A stretch of 64,000 nucleotides of DNA from Spirochaetia bacterium (GCA_965203055.1 OZ241863.1:3712001-3776000), one strand, 5' to 3'. Counted from the first letter of the stretch, positions 45,073 to 55,277 are shown. Program-made: numbers and translations. Notes: generated by a model from the letters alone, not told the origin.

Positions 45073-45687
45073 TTGCTCAATACTGACGCATCATCTCGCG
45101 TATTGCTAGTCGAGGGCACCGACGACGAACACGTTGTCAGACATTTCTGTCAACGTATCGGATCGATACCTCTCTTTCAGATAATTGACAAACGGAGCAT
45201 AAGGCCTCTCCTCGATACGATCAGGCTGGAGGTCCGGGCTCCCGGACGAGAAGTACTAGGCATATTGGTAGACGCTAATGACCGCCCGCAGGATCGCTGG
45301 CGAGCAGTCGCTGATCGATTGCAACGAGCTAACGTAGCAACGCCCGACAAGCCCGATCCGGCAGGCACGATCATCGACAGCGCACCGCGTGTCGGCATCT
45401 GGTTGATGCCGAATAATCAGGAGTCGGGCGAACTGGAAGACTTCGTTGCCAGGATGATCCCAACGAACGATACCGTGTGGCCGTTGTCGGAGAAGTACGT
45501 CAACGGCATACCGAACGACGCTCGCAAGTTCAAGCCGGGCAAGACTCTCAGAGCCAGGGTTCACTCCTGGCTTGCCACTCGGGAGGAGCCGCGGAAGATG
45601 GGAGCGGCGATCGGGGCCGGAGATCTGAACGTTGCCGCGCCGGAGGCGGTTCGGTTCGTGGAGTGGCTGCGGCGGCTCTTTGGTTGA
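45073..45687 (+). CDS. TOPRIM-like protein (DUF3226-like)
   Basis: LLVEGTDD, ILVDAND, GIWLMPNN..G.LEDF. Confidence 0.8.
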   Translation: MLNTDASSRVLLVEGTDDEHVVRHFCQRIGSIPLFQIIDKRSIRPLLDTIRLEVRAPGREVLGILVDANDRPQDRWRAVADRLQRANVATPDKPDPAGTIIDSAPRVGIWLMPNNQESGELEDFVARMIPTNDTVWPLSEKYVNGIPNDARKFKPGKTLRARVHSWLATREEPRKMGAAIGAGDLNVAAPEAVRFVEWLRRLFG

Positions 45688-45703
45688 GCCGGCGAGGCTA
45701 CTT

Positions 45704-46615
45704 TCAGGAGCGCGGTTTGCGGAGGTCTTCCAGCTCGTCGACGCTGCGCGGCCAGTCGGACTTGAGCAGGCGGGACAGGGAACGGTCGGCGAGCAGCTTG
45801 CCGCCGGTCTGGCAGCGCGGGCAGTAGTTGCTCTCGTTGTCGGCGTAGACGATGCGCTGCACCGGAGTGGCGCATACCGGGCACGGCTGCCCGTACTTGC
45901 CGTGCACCGCCATGCGCGGATGGAACGCGGTCACCTTCTTCGGGAATGCCTCCCCGCTCTCGGCGCGCAGCAGCTCCACCCACTCGCTCAGCACGGCCAC
46001 GCACGCGCGGCGCAGCGCGTCGATCTGCGCGCCGGTCATGCGCTGAGTGAGCTGCAGCGGCGACAGCCCCGCCCGATGCAAAATCTCATCCGAAAAGGCG
46101 TTGCCCACCCCCGAGAACAGACGCGGGTCGGCCAGCGCGCGCTTCAAGGTGTGATTCTCCCGCAGCAGCGCCTCGCGGAACGCCGCGGCGTCAGCTTCCA
46201 ATATCTCCAGACCGCCGCGCTCGTGTTCGGCCATCCCATCGGCCCCCGCCACCAGGTGCAGCGACGCGCGCCGCTTGCTGCCCGCTTCGGTAAGGACCAG
46301 GGTGCCGCTATCGAACTCGAAGCCCGCCAACCCGGTCTTACGCGGCATCCTGGCCGGCGCGGCGCCCTCCTGCCAGCGCAGGCGCCCGGCGACCATCAGG
46401 TGGATCACCAGGAACAACTCATCGCTCAGCGTGAACACGATGCGCTTGCCAAGGCGCTCCACGGCTTGCACCTGCTTGCCTGCGGCAGCGCTGATCGGGG
46501 GCGCGTAGGAACGCAGTACGAACGGGCTGGCGATGCGCACGCGCAGCAGCGCGCGGCCCACGGTGCGGCGCCGCAGATGCTCCACGTATACGGTTATCGA
46601 CGGCAGTTCAGGCAT
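45704..46615 (-). CDS. Fpg/Nei-family DNA glycosylase
   Basis: MPELP, RLGK, HLM..G, H2TH G.GN..SDE.L, zinc finger CPVC..CPRCQ. Confidence 0.9.
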   Translation of the reverse strand: MPELPSITVYVEHLRRRTVGRALLRVRIASPFVLRSYAPPISAAAGKQVQAVERLGKRIVFTLSDELFLVIHLMVAGRLRWQEGAAPARMPRKTGLAGFEFDSGTLVLTEAGSKRRASLHLVAGADGMAEHERGGLEILEADAAAFREALLRENHTLKRALADPRLFSGVGNAFSDEILHRAGLSPLQLTQRMTGAQIDALRRACVAVLSEWVELLRAESGEAFPKKVTAFHPRMAVHGKYGQPCPVCATPVQRIVYADNESNYCPRCQTGGKLLADRSLSRLLKSDWPRSVDELEDLRKPRS

Positions 46616-46721
46616 GGTTCCGCAGCGCTTCCTACTGCCGGCAGGCTACGCTGCCGCGGCGCGCTCGCCAAGCGCGGCGCGGCGGCGCCCGGGCGATGCG
46701 CCTGTGCTATGCTGAGCGGCG

Positions 46722-47759
46722 ATGAAAGCTGTCGTCTACAACGGGCCTTGGGACATGGAAGTGGTCGATCTGCCGGCGCCGGAGCCGGCGGCCGGGGAAG
46801 CGCTGCTGCGGGTGGACACGGTCGGCATCTGCGGCAGCGACGTGCACGGGTTCACCGGCGAGAGCGGGCGCCGCACCCCCGGCATGGTGATGGGCCATGA
46901 AGTGAGCGGCACGGTGGCGCGCCTCGGTCCCGGCGCCGACGCGCCGCCGGCCGGCACCCGGGTGGCGTTGTACAACATCATTGCCGACCACGCGCCGAGC
47001 CCGGAGGAGGGCGACCCCTCGTTCCTCAACAAGCAGGTGGTGGGGGTGAACCTGGGCCGGCGCGGCGCGATGGCCGAATACCTGGCCGTTCCGACCGCCA
47101 ACCTGATCCCGCTGGCGGAGGGGGTGCCGAGCGAGGTCGGCCTGCTGGCGGAGCCGTTGGGCGTGGTGCTGCACGGCTGGCACCGGCTGGAGGAGCGCAA
47201 CGTGGCGCCGCGGCGGGTGGCCATTCTCGGCGCCGGCACCATTGGCATGGCGGGGGTGCTGGTGGCGCGGGCGCGGGGGGCGGAGCAGGTCGCCTCCCTC
47301 GACACCATCGCCGCCAAGGCGCAGCGCGCGGGGGAGCTCGGCGCCATACCGGTGCCGATCGCCGCCGGGGAGGCGCCGGCCGCCGCCCGCGCCGCAGTCA
47401 CGGCCGCGCTTGGCGATGCCCCCGACGTGGTGATCGACGCGGTCGGCAGCCGCGGCTCCTTTGCCGGCGCGGTGCGTCTGGTGGCCGAGGGCGGCACGGT
47501 GCTGGTAATCGGCAACCTGGCCAAGGAGGCGCCCCTGCCGCTGCAAGACCTGGTCAGCAACGAGTGGACCCTGGTGGGAACCTACGCCTTCGACCGGCGC
47601 GCGTTCACCGACGCGGTAGCGCTGCTCGGCCAATTGCAGGGTGAACTGGCCGGCTTCATCGAGGCGCGCTGTACCCTGGACGAGGTGCCGGCGATGATGA
47701 CCGCGCTGGCGAAGGGGGAACGGCAGGCCCTCAAGGTGGTGATCGACGTCGCCCGCTGA
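46722..47759 (+). CDS. Zn-dependent (MDR) dehydrogenase
   Basis: GICGSD, MGHE, GAGTIG. Confidence 0.88.
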   Translation: MKAVVYNGPWDMEVVDLPAPEPAAGEALLRVDTVGICGSDVHGFTGESGRRTPGMVMGHEVSGTVARLGPGADAPPAGTRVALYNIIADHAPSPEEGDPSFLNKQVVGVNLGRRGAMAEYLAVPTANLIPLAEGVPSEVGLLAEPLGVVLHGWHRLEERNVAPRRVAILGAGTIGMAGVLVARARGAEQVASLDTIAAKAQRAGELGAIPVPIAAGEAPAAARAAVTAALGDAPDVVIDAVGSRGSFAGAVRLVAEGGTVLVIGNLAKEAPLPLQDLVSNEWTLVGTYAFDRRAFTDAVALLGQLQGELAGFIEARCTLDEVPAMMTALAKGERQALKVVIDVAR

Positions 47760-47780
47760 CAGCGCGCGCTGGCCGGGCTT

Positions 47781-48506
47781 CTACAGGTGCTGTAGCGGGT
47801 GCAGGGCCATCAGCGCGATCATTACCGGGAAGGCGGGCAGGAAGTTGGCGGTCTTGAGCCGGCGCAGGTCCAGCAGGTTGATCCCGATCATGGCGATCAG
47901 GACGCCGCCCGCGGCGCTCAGCTCCGCCAGCAGCGGTTCCGTTACCAGTGGCCGGAGGGTGCCGGCGAGCAGCGTGAGGCCGCCTTGATAGAGCAGGATC
48001 ACCAGGCTGGCGAACGCCACCCCGACGCCCATGGCGGCCGCCAGCAGCACCGCCATGAAGCCGTCCAGCACCGACTTGGTGAGCAGCAGCTCATAGTCGC
48101 CTTCCGCGCCGGCCTGGAACGAGCCCACCAGCGTCATGGCGCCGACGCAGAACAACACCGACGAGTTCAGGAATGCCGCCGCGAACCCCCGCCGTCCCTC
48201 GACGCCCCGGCCACGGCCGGCCGCGCGCCGGCCGGCCGGCAGCAACCGATGCAGGCCCTCGCCAAGTCGCGTGATGCCGGCTTCGATCTGCCACCACTCT
48301 CCCAGCAGCCCGCCGATGGTAATCGCCAGCGCCAGGTACACGATCTGCTGTGACTCGAAGCTGAGGCGAAACCCCAGTACCAGCGTGACCACGCCGATGC
48401 CGCTGGTGACGACGCCGCGGAACCGCTCCGTGATGAAGCGCCGCAACAACAAGCCGGCGGCGGCGCCCACCACCACCGTAACGGCGTTGATATAGGTCGC
48501 GATCAT
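47781..48506 (-). CDS. DUF554-family membrane protein
   Basis: LFCVGAM, KSVLDG, LYQG, ANFLP. Confidence 0.88.
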   Translation of the reverse strand: MIATYINAVTVVVGAAAGLLLRRFITERFRGVVTSGIGVVTLVLGFRLSFESQQIVYLALAITIGGLLGEWWQIEAGITRLGEGLHRLLPAGRRAAGRGRGVEGRRGFAAAFLNSSVLFCVGAMTLVGSFQAGAEGDYELLLTKSVLDGFMAVLLAAAMGVGVAFASLVILLYQGGLTLLAGTLRPLVTEPLLAELSAAGGVLIAMIGINLLDLRRLKTANFLPAFPVMIALMALHPLQHL

Positions 48507-48576
48507 GCCTCTTTCAGCAGGTTACGCGCGCCTGATCCAACGCCGCGCCGCTCGCCTGGTATCGTGCGTACCGGAA

Positions 48577-48903
48577 TCAGCGGATCCCTACTGCCGGAGC
48601 CAGTGCGACCGCTACTTCTACTTCAACCATCGACACCGTGGTTTCCAGTTCCGGGCCCGCGTGGCCGTGTTCATTCAGGACTTCACTGTGATACGTCATC
48701 GCTTCCCCTATTGACCGTCGGGGCTCGGGTACCGGGTCGCCGTTGTCCATCAAGCCTTCGAGGTGGAACCCGATTGCTGCGCGTATGTTGTCCCGAATCT
48801 CGCGCCAACTGACGCCGGTGCTGATGCAGCCCGGCAGATCTGGAACATAGGCTCCATAATTGTTAGGCGTCCGTTCATATACCACGGCATACTTCAGCTT
48901 CAT
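48577..48903 (-). CDS. hicB: HicB-family antitoxin
   Basis: Y..VYE..NYGAYVPDLPGCISTG..AI.FHLEGL..G.PVP.P. Confidence 0.9.
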   Translation of the reverse strand: MKLKYAVVYERTPNNYGAYVPDLPGCISTGVSWREIRDNIRAAIGFHLEGLMDNGDPVPEPRRSIGEAMTYHSEVLNEHGHAGPELETTVSMVEVEVAVALAPAVGIR

Positions 48904-49100
48904 TCATCCCTCTCTCTGAGTCCTGCTTGCCTCAGCACGCTCAGCCACATGGCCGGAGACAGATCGTCTCCCGGTTTCCCGGGAATGGTCACGGTTCCGG
49001 CTTTCTCTGCGTGATGGTATTGCCGGTGGCTGCCGCGCGTCCGCACCTGCCGCCAGCCGTCTCTCTCCACCAATCGGATGGCGTCCCTGACCTTCCGCAC
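48900..49100 (-). CDS. hicA: HicA-family mRNA interferase toxin
   Basis: 66 aa; DGW..VR.RGSHRQY.H..VT.PG. Confidence 0.92.
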   Translation of the reverse strand: MRKVRDAIRLVERDGWRQVRTRGSHRQYHHAEKAGTVTIPGKPGDDLSPAMWLSVLRQAGLRERDE

Positions 49101-49122
49101 GTTCCGCTCCGGCGCCGGACGT

Positions 49123-50625
49123 TCACTGAGCGGGGCGGTGCAGGGCGGCTTCCAGGTGGCCGCGCCAACGGTGGTAGGCGGCGGCGTAGGCCGCGCGCCG
49201 GGCGGCGTCGGGCGCTACCGTGAGCACCCGCTGCAGACCCTCGAACGCGGCCTCCCGGTCGTAGATGCCGGCGCCAATGCCGGCGCCGCGCGCCGCGCCC
49301 TGGGCGCCGTCGGCGTCGTACAGCTCGACGACGGCGCCGGTGGTGGTGGCGAACGCCTCGCGGAACAGCGGGCTGAGGAACAGGTTGGCGTGGCCGGCGC
49401 GCACCGCAGCCGCGGTAACGCCAACCCCGCGCATCACCTCCAGCCCGTAGGCCAGCCCGAAGGCGATGCCCTCCTGGCCGGCGCGCAACAGGTGGCCGCG
49501 CTGATGGGTATTGAAGCCCAGCCCATGCACCGACGCCCCCAGGTCGCGGTTGCCGAGCATGCGTTCGGCGCCGTTGCCGAACGGCAGGACCACCAGTCCC
49601 GCGGCACCAACCGGAGTGGCGGCCGCGGCGGCGTTCAGCGCCGCGTAGTCCGCTCCCTCCGCGCAGATGCGCCGCAGCCAGCTATTCAGAATACCGGTCC
49701 CGTTCAGGCACAGCAGCACCCCGTAGCGCGGGCGGTCCGCGGCATGGTTGACGTGCACGAAGGTGTTGACCCGCGACTGCGGATCGTAGTCCGCGCGGTC
49801 GGCCACCCCATACACCACCCCGGAAGTACCGGCGGTGGCCGCTACGGTACCCGGCTCCAACACGCCCAGCGCCAGGGCGTTGTTGGGCTGATCGCCGGCG
49901 CGGTAGGTGAGCGGGATGCCGCGCCGCAGCCCCAGCTCGGCGGCCGCCGCGGCGGTAAGTTCGCCCTGCGGCGCGAACGTGGGCACCACTTCCGGCACCA
50001 GCGCCGGGTCGATGGCGTAATGGTCCAGCAGGAAGTCGGCGCGCCGGCCGTGCGAGAAATCCCACAGCATCCCCTCCGACAACCCCGCCGGAGTAGTCGC
50101 CCATTCGCCGGTGAGCCGCCAGGCGAGGTAGTCGCCCGGCAACAGCAGATGCGCCGCCGCGGCGGCAACGCGCGGCTCCTGCTCGATCACCCAGCGCATC
50201 TTCGAGGCGGTGAAGTTGCCCGGCGAGTTGAGCAGGCGCCCCAGCGTCTGCTCGCGGCCCAGCTCCTGCAATGCGCGGTCGCCGATGGCCACCGCCCGGC
50301 TGTCGCACCAGATGATGGCGGGCCGCAGCACCGCGCCGGCGGCGTCAGTCAGCACCAGGCCGTGCATCTGATAGGAAACGCCGATCGCCTCCACCGCCGC
50401 CAGGGAGCGGCCGGCGCCCGCCGCGCGCAGCATGCCGGTGGCCGCGGCCAGGTGCTGCCACCAGGTGGCCGGATCCTGCTCCGCCCAGCCGGGCCGCGGC
50501 GCCGCCATCGCCAGCTCGGTCGCCGGCGAGGTGGCCGCCGCCACCTGCCGCCCGCTGTCGATCGCCACCAGCGCCGCCTTGACCGCGGAGCTGCCGACGT
50601 CGTAGCCCAGCAAGTATCCTGCCAC
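49123..50625 (-). CDS. xylB: FGGY carbohydrate kinase, xylulokinase-like
   Basis: LGYDVGSS, EQDP..WW, YQMHG, IIWCDSR, NFTASK, AGDQ, GTSG. Confidence 0.8.
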   Translation of the reverse strand: MAGYLLGYDVGSSAVKAALVAIDSGRQVAAATSPATELAMAAPRPGWAEQDPATWWQHLAAATGMLRAAGAGRSLAAVEAIGVSYQMHGLVLTDAAGAVLRPAIIWCDSRAVAIGDRALQELGREQTLGRLLNSPGNFTASKMRWVIEQEPRVAAAAAHLLLPGDYLAWRLTGEWATTPAGLSEGMLWDFSHGRRADFLLDHYAIDPALVPEVVPTFAPQGELTAAAAAELGLRRGIPLTYRAGDQPNNALALGVLEPGTVAATAGTSGVVYGVADRADYDPQSRVNTFVHVNHAADRPRYGVLLCLNGTGILNSWLRRICAEGADYAALNAAAAATPVGAAGLVVLPFGNGAERMLGNRDLGASVHGLGFNTHQRGHLLRAGQEGIAFGLAYGLEVMRGVGVTAAAVRAGHANLFLSPLFREAFATTTGAVVELYDADGAQGAARGAGIGAGIYDREAAFEGLQRVLTVAPDAARRAAYAAAYHRWRGHLEAALHRPAQ

Positions 50626-50725
50626 TTCAGCCCCTCATCCCGGCTCCACGACGCGCGGGCCGGCCGCGAGGCGGTTGCGCTGCCCGGCGGCTCTGGCCGC
50701 GCGGCCCCGGCCGCGGCGGCGCCGG

Positions 50726-52066
50726 TCAGCCGCCACCGCGGTAGGCCGGCAACAGGTCGCCGTGGGCCTCGATCAGATCGTCGCACAGGCTCACGATCTG
50801 GTCCAGGCTCAGCTCGCTGGCGGTGTGCGGGTCGAGCATCGCGGCCTGGTAGACGTGGTCGCGGCGCCGGGTCAGGGCCGCTTCCACGGTGAGCAGTTGG
50901 ACGTTGACGTTGGTGCGGTTGAGCGCCGCGCACGGCTCCGGCAGGTCGCCCACGACGCAGCCCTGCACCCCGTTGCGATCCACCAGCGAGGGCACCTCGA
51001 CGCAGGCCGCGCGCGGCAGGTTGCCAATGAAGCCGGCATTCAGCAGGTTGCCGTGGATGCGGTAGGGGGTGTCGGTGACGATCGCCTCCATGATGCGCGA
51101 GCCGTACTCCACCGAGCGCTCGTGGCCCAGGTCGGGATTGTCGACCATGGTGGCGCTCTGCGTACGCCAGCGTTCGAGCTGCCGCAGGCAGCGCCGCGGG
51201 TACTCGTCCAGGGGGATGTTGAACTCTTCGATCAACTCGGGATGGGTGCGCTTGATCCAGTAGGGGAAGTACTCGGCGCTGTGTTCCGAGGATTCGGTGA
51301 GGTAGTAGCCGAAGTGGCGCATCATCTCGAACCGCACCATGTCGCCGTGGCGCGCGCCGCCGGCGCGCGCGGCGCGGTTCAGCTCGGCGGCGCGGCGCTT
51401 CACCTCGGGGTAGAGATCCTCTCCGGCGGCGCGCAGCTCCAGCAGCCACGCCTGGTGGTTGATGCCGGCAATGCGCCACTTGGTGGCCGCCGGATCGTGC
51501 TCCATCTGCAGTTTCTGCAGCAGGCGCGGCACGCAGGCCTGCACCGAGTGGCACAGGCCGACCGCCCGCACCGCGCGCCGGCGCAGCACCGCGCCGGTCA
51601 CCATCGCCATCGGGTTGGTGTAGTTCAGCAGCCACGCCTCCGGCGCCGCCTGCTCCATGTCCCGCGCCAAGTCGAGCATCACCGGAATGGTGCGCAGCGC
51701 GCGGAAGATGCCGCCGATCCCCAGCGTGTCGCCGATGGTCTGGCGCAGGCCGTAGCGCTTGGGCACCTCGAAGTCGATCACCGTGCTCGGCTCGTAACCG
51801 CCCACCTGAATGGCGTTGACCACGAAGTCGGCGCCGCGCAGCGCCTCCCGCCGCGCGCCGGTGCCCAGGTGGGTCTCGATCCGGGCGCGGCCGGCGTTGA
51901 GGTTGCGGTTCAGGGTAGTAAGCATCGCCTGCGACTCGCGCAGGCGCTGGGCGTCGATGTCGTACAGGGCGACGGTGGCGGCGCGCAACGGCTCGGTCAG
52001 CAGGCAGTCGCCGATGATGTTCTTGACGAACACGGTCGAGCCGGCGCCGACGAAGGTGATCTTCAT
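50726..52066 (-). CDS. melA: GH4 NAD+-dependent alpha-galactosidase/glucosidase
   Basis: KITFVGAGS, QTIGDTLG.GG, NYTNPM, GLCHS, GINH, TESSEH. Confidence 0.88.
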   Translation of the reverse strand: MKITFVGAGSTVFVKNIIGDCLLTEPLRAATVALYDIDAQRLRESQAMLTTLNRNLNAGRARIETHLGTGARREALRGADFVVNAIQVGGYEPSTVIDFEVPKRYGLRQTIGDTLGIGGIFRALRTIPVMLDLARDMEQAAPEAWLLNYTNPMAMVTGAVLRRRAVRAVGLCHSVQACVPRLLQKLQMEHDPAATKWRIAGINHQAWLLELRAAGEDLYPEVKRRAAELNRAARAGGARHGDMVRFEMMRHFGYYLTESSEHSAEYFPYWIKRTHPELIEEFNIPLDEYPRRCLRQLERWRTQSATMVDNPDLGHERSVEYGSRIMEAIVTDTPYRIHGNLLNAGFIGNLPRAACVEVPSLVDRNGVQGCVVGDLPEPCAALNRTNVNVQLLTVEAALTRRRDHVYQAAMLDPHTASELSLDQIVSLCDDLIEAHGDLLPAYRGGG

Positions 52067-52106
52067 GGCGCATGATTGCAGCATGGAGCGACAAAATATG
52101 CCAGCG

Positions 52107-52145
52107 GCTATCCCGCCGCGCGCGGGCGGCGCGCGGCGGGATAGC
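52107..52145. repeat. perfect 17-bp inverted repeat in the melA/trkA divergent spacer
   Basis: GCTATCCCGCCGCGCGC (52107-52123) / GCGCGCGGCGGGATAGC (52129-52145). Confidence 0.85.
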
Positions 52146-52216
52146 GCGCGGTTGGGGCGTGCGCGCGGGCAGGCATCTTGTTGCCAGCCGCCCGCGCAAA
52201 GGCCATATTGACGCCG

Positions 52217-53614
52217 ATGCCTGAGAAGGTGGTCATCGCCGGCGCCGGCACCACCGGCTTCCAGGTGGCGCGTCACCTGGTGGCCGACAACAAGGACGTG
52301 GTCCTCATCGAGCGCAATCCCGAGACCGCCAAGTATGCCGTGAACCACCTCGATTGCATGGTGATCAACGACTCCGGCAACCGCCTGCCGGCGCTGCGCG
52401 AGGCGGGCATCCACAACGCCGACTTCTTCATCAGCGTCACCGACAGCGACGAGTTCAACATCGTGGCCTGCGGCTTGGTGGCGAGCGAATTCCGGGTACC
52501 GTGCAAGATCGCGCGGGTGCGCAACCCGGAGTACGCCAACTCGCACCTGCCCGAGCACTCCTTCCTGGAGGTGGACTACTTCGTCAATCCCGAGATCGAA
52601 GCGGCGCGGGCAATCGCCAAGTCGGTGGAGCAGGGCGCCACCAGCGACGTGATGACCTTCGAGAATACCGACCTGCAGATGCGCAACTTTCTGGTGGACG
52701 ACCGCACCCTGTTCGCGCGCCAGAGCATCGCCGGCATCAAGCAGGCGCTGGACGCCGAGTTCATGGTGGCCGGCATCTCCCGCGGCGCGGAGTTCTTCGT
52801 GCCGAGCGGCGATGCGCGGGTGGAAGCCGGCGACGAGCTGTATCTGGTAGCCGCCGAGCACACGCTGGACGAGGTGTTCGTGATCGCCGGGCGGCCGCGG
52901 GTGACGCTCAAGAACGTGATTCTGGTGGGAGGCGGCCGGGTCGGGAGCTTCGTGGCCGAGGCGCTGGTCGCCAAGCCCAACGGACGCCAGGCGCGGCGCC
53001 TGCTCGACTACCTGCGGCGGACCCAGAAGACCCTCAAGATCGTGGACAGCAACTACGACAACTGCAAACGTCTGGCCGAGCGGTTTCCCGATGCGGTGGT
53101 GATCAACAGCGACGTGTCCGAGGAAGGGTTCTTCGAGGAGGAGACGCTGGCCGGCTACGACCTGATCATCACCACCACCAACAACCCGGAGCTCAACATC
53201 CTGGTGGCGATCTATGCCAAGACCCTGGGCATCAAGCGCTCCATTGCCCTGGTGAACAAGTTCAACTACCTCAAGGTGGCGTCGCGGCTTGGCGCGGACG
53301 TCATCATCAGCCCCAAGTACAGCGTGGTGAACAGCATCCTCAAGTTCATCCGGCGCGGGCGGGTGAAGAGCGTGCACAGCATCTTCGGCGGGCTGGCCGA
53401 GGTAATCGAGTCGAAGCTGGATGGTTCGCGCGGGTTCGTCGGGCGCGAGATCCGCGACCTCAGGATGCCGGACAACTCGCTGGTGGTAGCGGTGACCCGC
53501 AACGGCTCCCACTTCGTGCCGCGCGGCAACTTCGTCCTTCACGACGGCGACAAGCTCACCATGGTGGCCAAGACCGAGTCGATCGCGCGCGTGGAGGAGA
53601 TGTTCAACACCTGA
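52217..53614 (+). CDS. trkA: Trk K+ uptake NAD-binding subunit
   Basis: Two RCK units (GAGTTG, GGGRVG), DEFNIVAC, KIARVR. Confidence 0.92.
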   Translation: MPEKVVIAGAGTTGFQVARHLVADNKDVVLIERNPETAKYAVNHLDCMVINDSGNRLPALREAGIHNADFFISVTDSDEFNIVACGLVASEFRVPCKIARVRNPEYANSHLPEHSFLEVDYFVNPEIEAARAIAKSVEQGATSDVMTFENTDLQMRNFLVDDRTLFARQSIAGIKQALDAEFMVAGISRGAEFFVPSGDARVEAGDELYLVAAEHTLDEVFVIAGRPRVTLKNVILVGGGRVGSFVAEALVAKPNGRQARRLLDYLRRTQKTLKIVDSNYDNCKRLAERFPDAVVINSDVSEEGFFEEETLAGYDLIITTTNNPELNILVAIYAKTLGIKRSIALVNKFNYLKVASRLGADVIISPKYSVVNSILKFIRRGRVKSVHSIFGGLAEVIESKLDGSRGFVGREIRDLRMPDNSLVVAVTRNGSHFVPRGNFVLHDGDKLTMVAKTESIARVEEMFNT

Positions 53615-53619
53615 AGCGG

Positions 53620-55143
53620 GTGCGCGCGCCGCAGCCCGGCCGGCGGGTCGGCCGCCCGCCCCATCGCGCGCCCGCGCCGGCGAGCGACCGGCCGGGCCGG
53701 GCCGGGGTCATCATCTACACCATTTCGGCCCTGCTGCTGATGGTGGGCCTGTTCATGCTGGCTGGGGTCGCCGTGGCCCTGGGGTATGGAGAAGTGCATG
53801 CGGCGCGCGGCTTCGCCGTCGCCGTGAGCGTGGCGCTGGGCTGCGGCCTGAGCGGATTCCTGCGGTTCCGCCGCTACCGCGACGGCGCCCTGCTCACCCG
53901 CGACGGATTTCTGGTGGTGGTTGCGAGCTGGCTGGTGGTGTCCGCCTTCGGCGCGCTGCCGTTCGTCCTCACCGGCAGCATCCCCAGCTACACCGACGCC
54001 TTCTTCGAGACCATGTCGGGGTTCACCACCACCGGCGCCTCGATCCTGCGCGACATCGAAGCGCTGCCCCGTTCGATCCTGTTCTGGCGTTCCCTGACCC
54101 ACTGGATAGGCGGCATGGGCATCGTGGTGCTCACCGTGGCGGTGCTGCCGCGCCTCGGCATCGGCGGGCTCAAGCTGATGCGCTCGGAAGCGCCGGGGCC
54201 GACCCTGGACAAGCTCACCCCGCGGCTCACCGAAACCGCCAAGATCCTGTGGCTGATCTACCTTGCGCTGACCGCGGCCTTGTTCGGGTTGCTGCTGCTG
54301 GCGGGCCTCGACTGGTTCGACGCGCTGACCCACACCTTCGGCGCCGTCGGAACCGCCGGTTTCTCGCCGCGCAACGCGAGCGTCGGCGCCTTCGATTCGG
54401 CATTCGTGGACCTCGTGGTGACGGTGTTCATGCTCCTGGCGGCGGTGAACTTCTCCCTCTACTTCCAGGTGATCCGCGGGCGGCCCGGGCACCTGCTCAG
54501 CAACCTGGAGCTGCGGGTATTCGCGGCGGTGTTCCTGACCGCGGTGGCGCTGGTGACGCTGGCGGTCACCCCGGTGTACGGATCGGTCGGCGAAGGATTG
54601 CGCTACGCCAGCTTCCAGGTGGCCTCGATCCTCACCACCACGGGGTTTGCCACCGCCGACTTCGACGCCTGGCCGGCGCTCGCCAAGGGGGTGCTGGTGA
54701 CCCTGATGCTGGTGGGCGGGTGCGCCGGCTCCACCGCCGGCGGGGTCAAGGTGATTCGTCTGGTAACCCTGTTCAAGCAGGGCCTCAACGAACTCAAGTA
54801 CCTGGTCCACCCGCAGGGCATCTTCATGCTCAAGATCGGCGACCGTCCGGTGAAGAAGGACATCCTGTATCCGGTAGCGGTGTTCTTCTTCCTCTACGTC
54901 ACCCTGGTGATGGTGACCGCGCTCATCGCCTCCGCCGCCGGCCAGGACCTGGTCACCGCCATTGCCACCGGCTTGGCCATGGTGGGCAACGTCGGCCCCG
55001 GCTTCGGGGCCATCGGCCCCACCCGCAGCTACGCGTTCTATCCTGACGCGGTGAAGTGGTGGCTCAGCTTCACCATGCTCATCGGGCGCCTGGAGGTCTA
55101 CAGCGTGCTGGTGCTGCTCACCCCTACCTTCTGGCGCCGGTAG
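53620..55143 (+). CDS. trkH: Trk K+ uptake membrane subunit
   Basis: FETMSGFTTTGAS, W.GGMG, TTTGF, GGCAGSTAGG.K, GNVGPG, GRLE; start uncertain. Confidence 0.92.
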   Translation: MRAPQPGRRVGRPPHRAPAPASDRPGRAGVIIYTISALLLMVGLFMLAGVAVALGYGEVHAARGFAVAVSVALGCGLSGFLRFRRYRDGALLTRDGFLVVVASWLVVSAFGALPFVLTGSIPSYTDAFFETMSGFTTTGASILRDIEALPRSILFWRSLTHWIGGMGIVVLTVAVLPRLGIGGLKLMRSEAPGPTLDKLTPRLTETAKILWLIYLALTAALFGLLLLAGLDWFDALTHTFGAVGTAGFSPRNASVGAFDSAFVDLVVTVFMLLAAVNFSLYFQVIRGRPGHLLSNLELRVFAAVFLTAVALVTLAVTPVYGSVGEGLRYASFQVASILTTTGFATADFDAWPALAKGVLVTLMLVGGCAGSTAGGVKVIRLVTLFKQGLNELKYLVHPQGIFMLKIGDRPVKKDILYPVAVFFFLYVTLVMVTALIASAAGQDLVTAIATGLAMVGNVGPGFGAIGPTRSYAFYPDAVKWWLSFTMLIGRLEVYSVLVLLTPTFWRR

Positions 55144-55189
55144 CCGCCAGCCGCCCGCGCGGCGGCAGCGTCGAATCGGCTTGGCGGCG

Positions 55190-55216
55190 GCTCGGCGCGC
55201 TCGGCGCGCTCGGCGC
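55190..55216. repeat. 3 x 9-nt tandem repeat GCTCGGCGC
   Basis: Exact units at 55190, 55199 and 55208 in the intergenic region. Confidence 0.7.
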
Positions 55217-55277
55217 GGCGCGTGGTTGACCCGCGGCGGGCGGCGGCGCAGACTGGCGCGCGGGAGGTGTGAATTAC

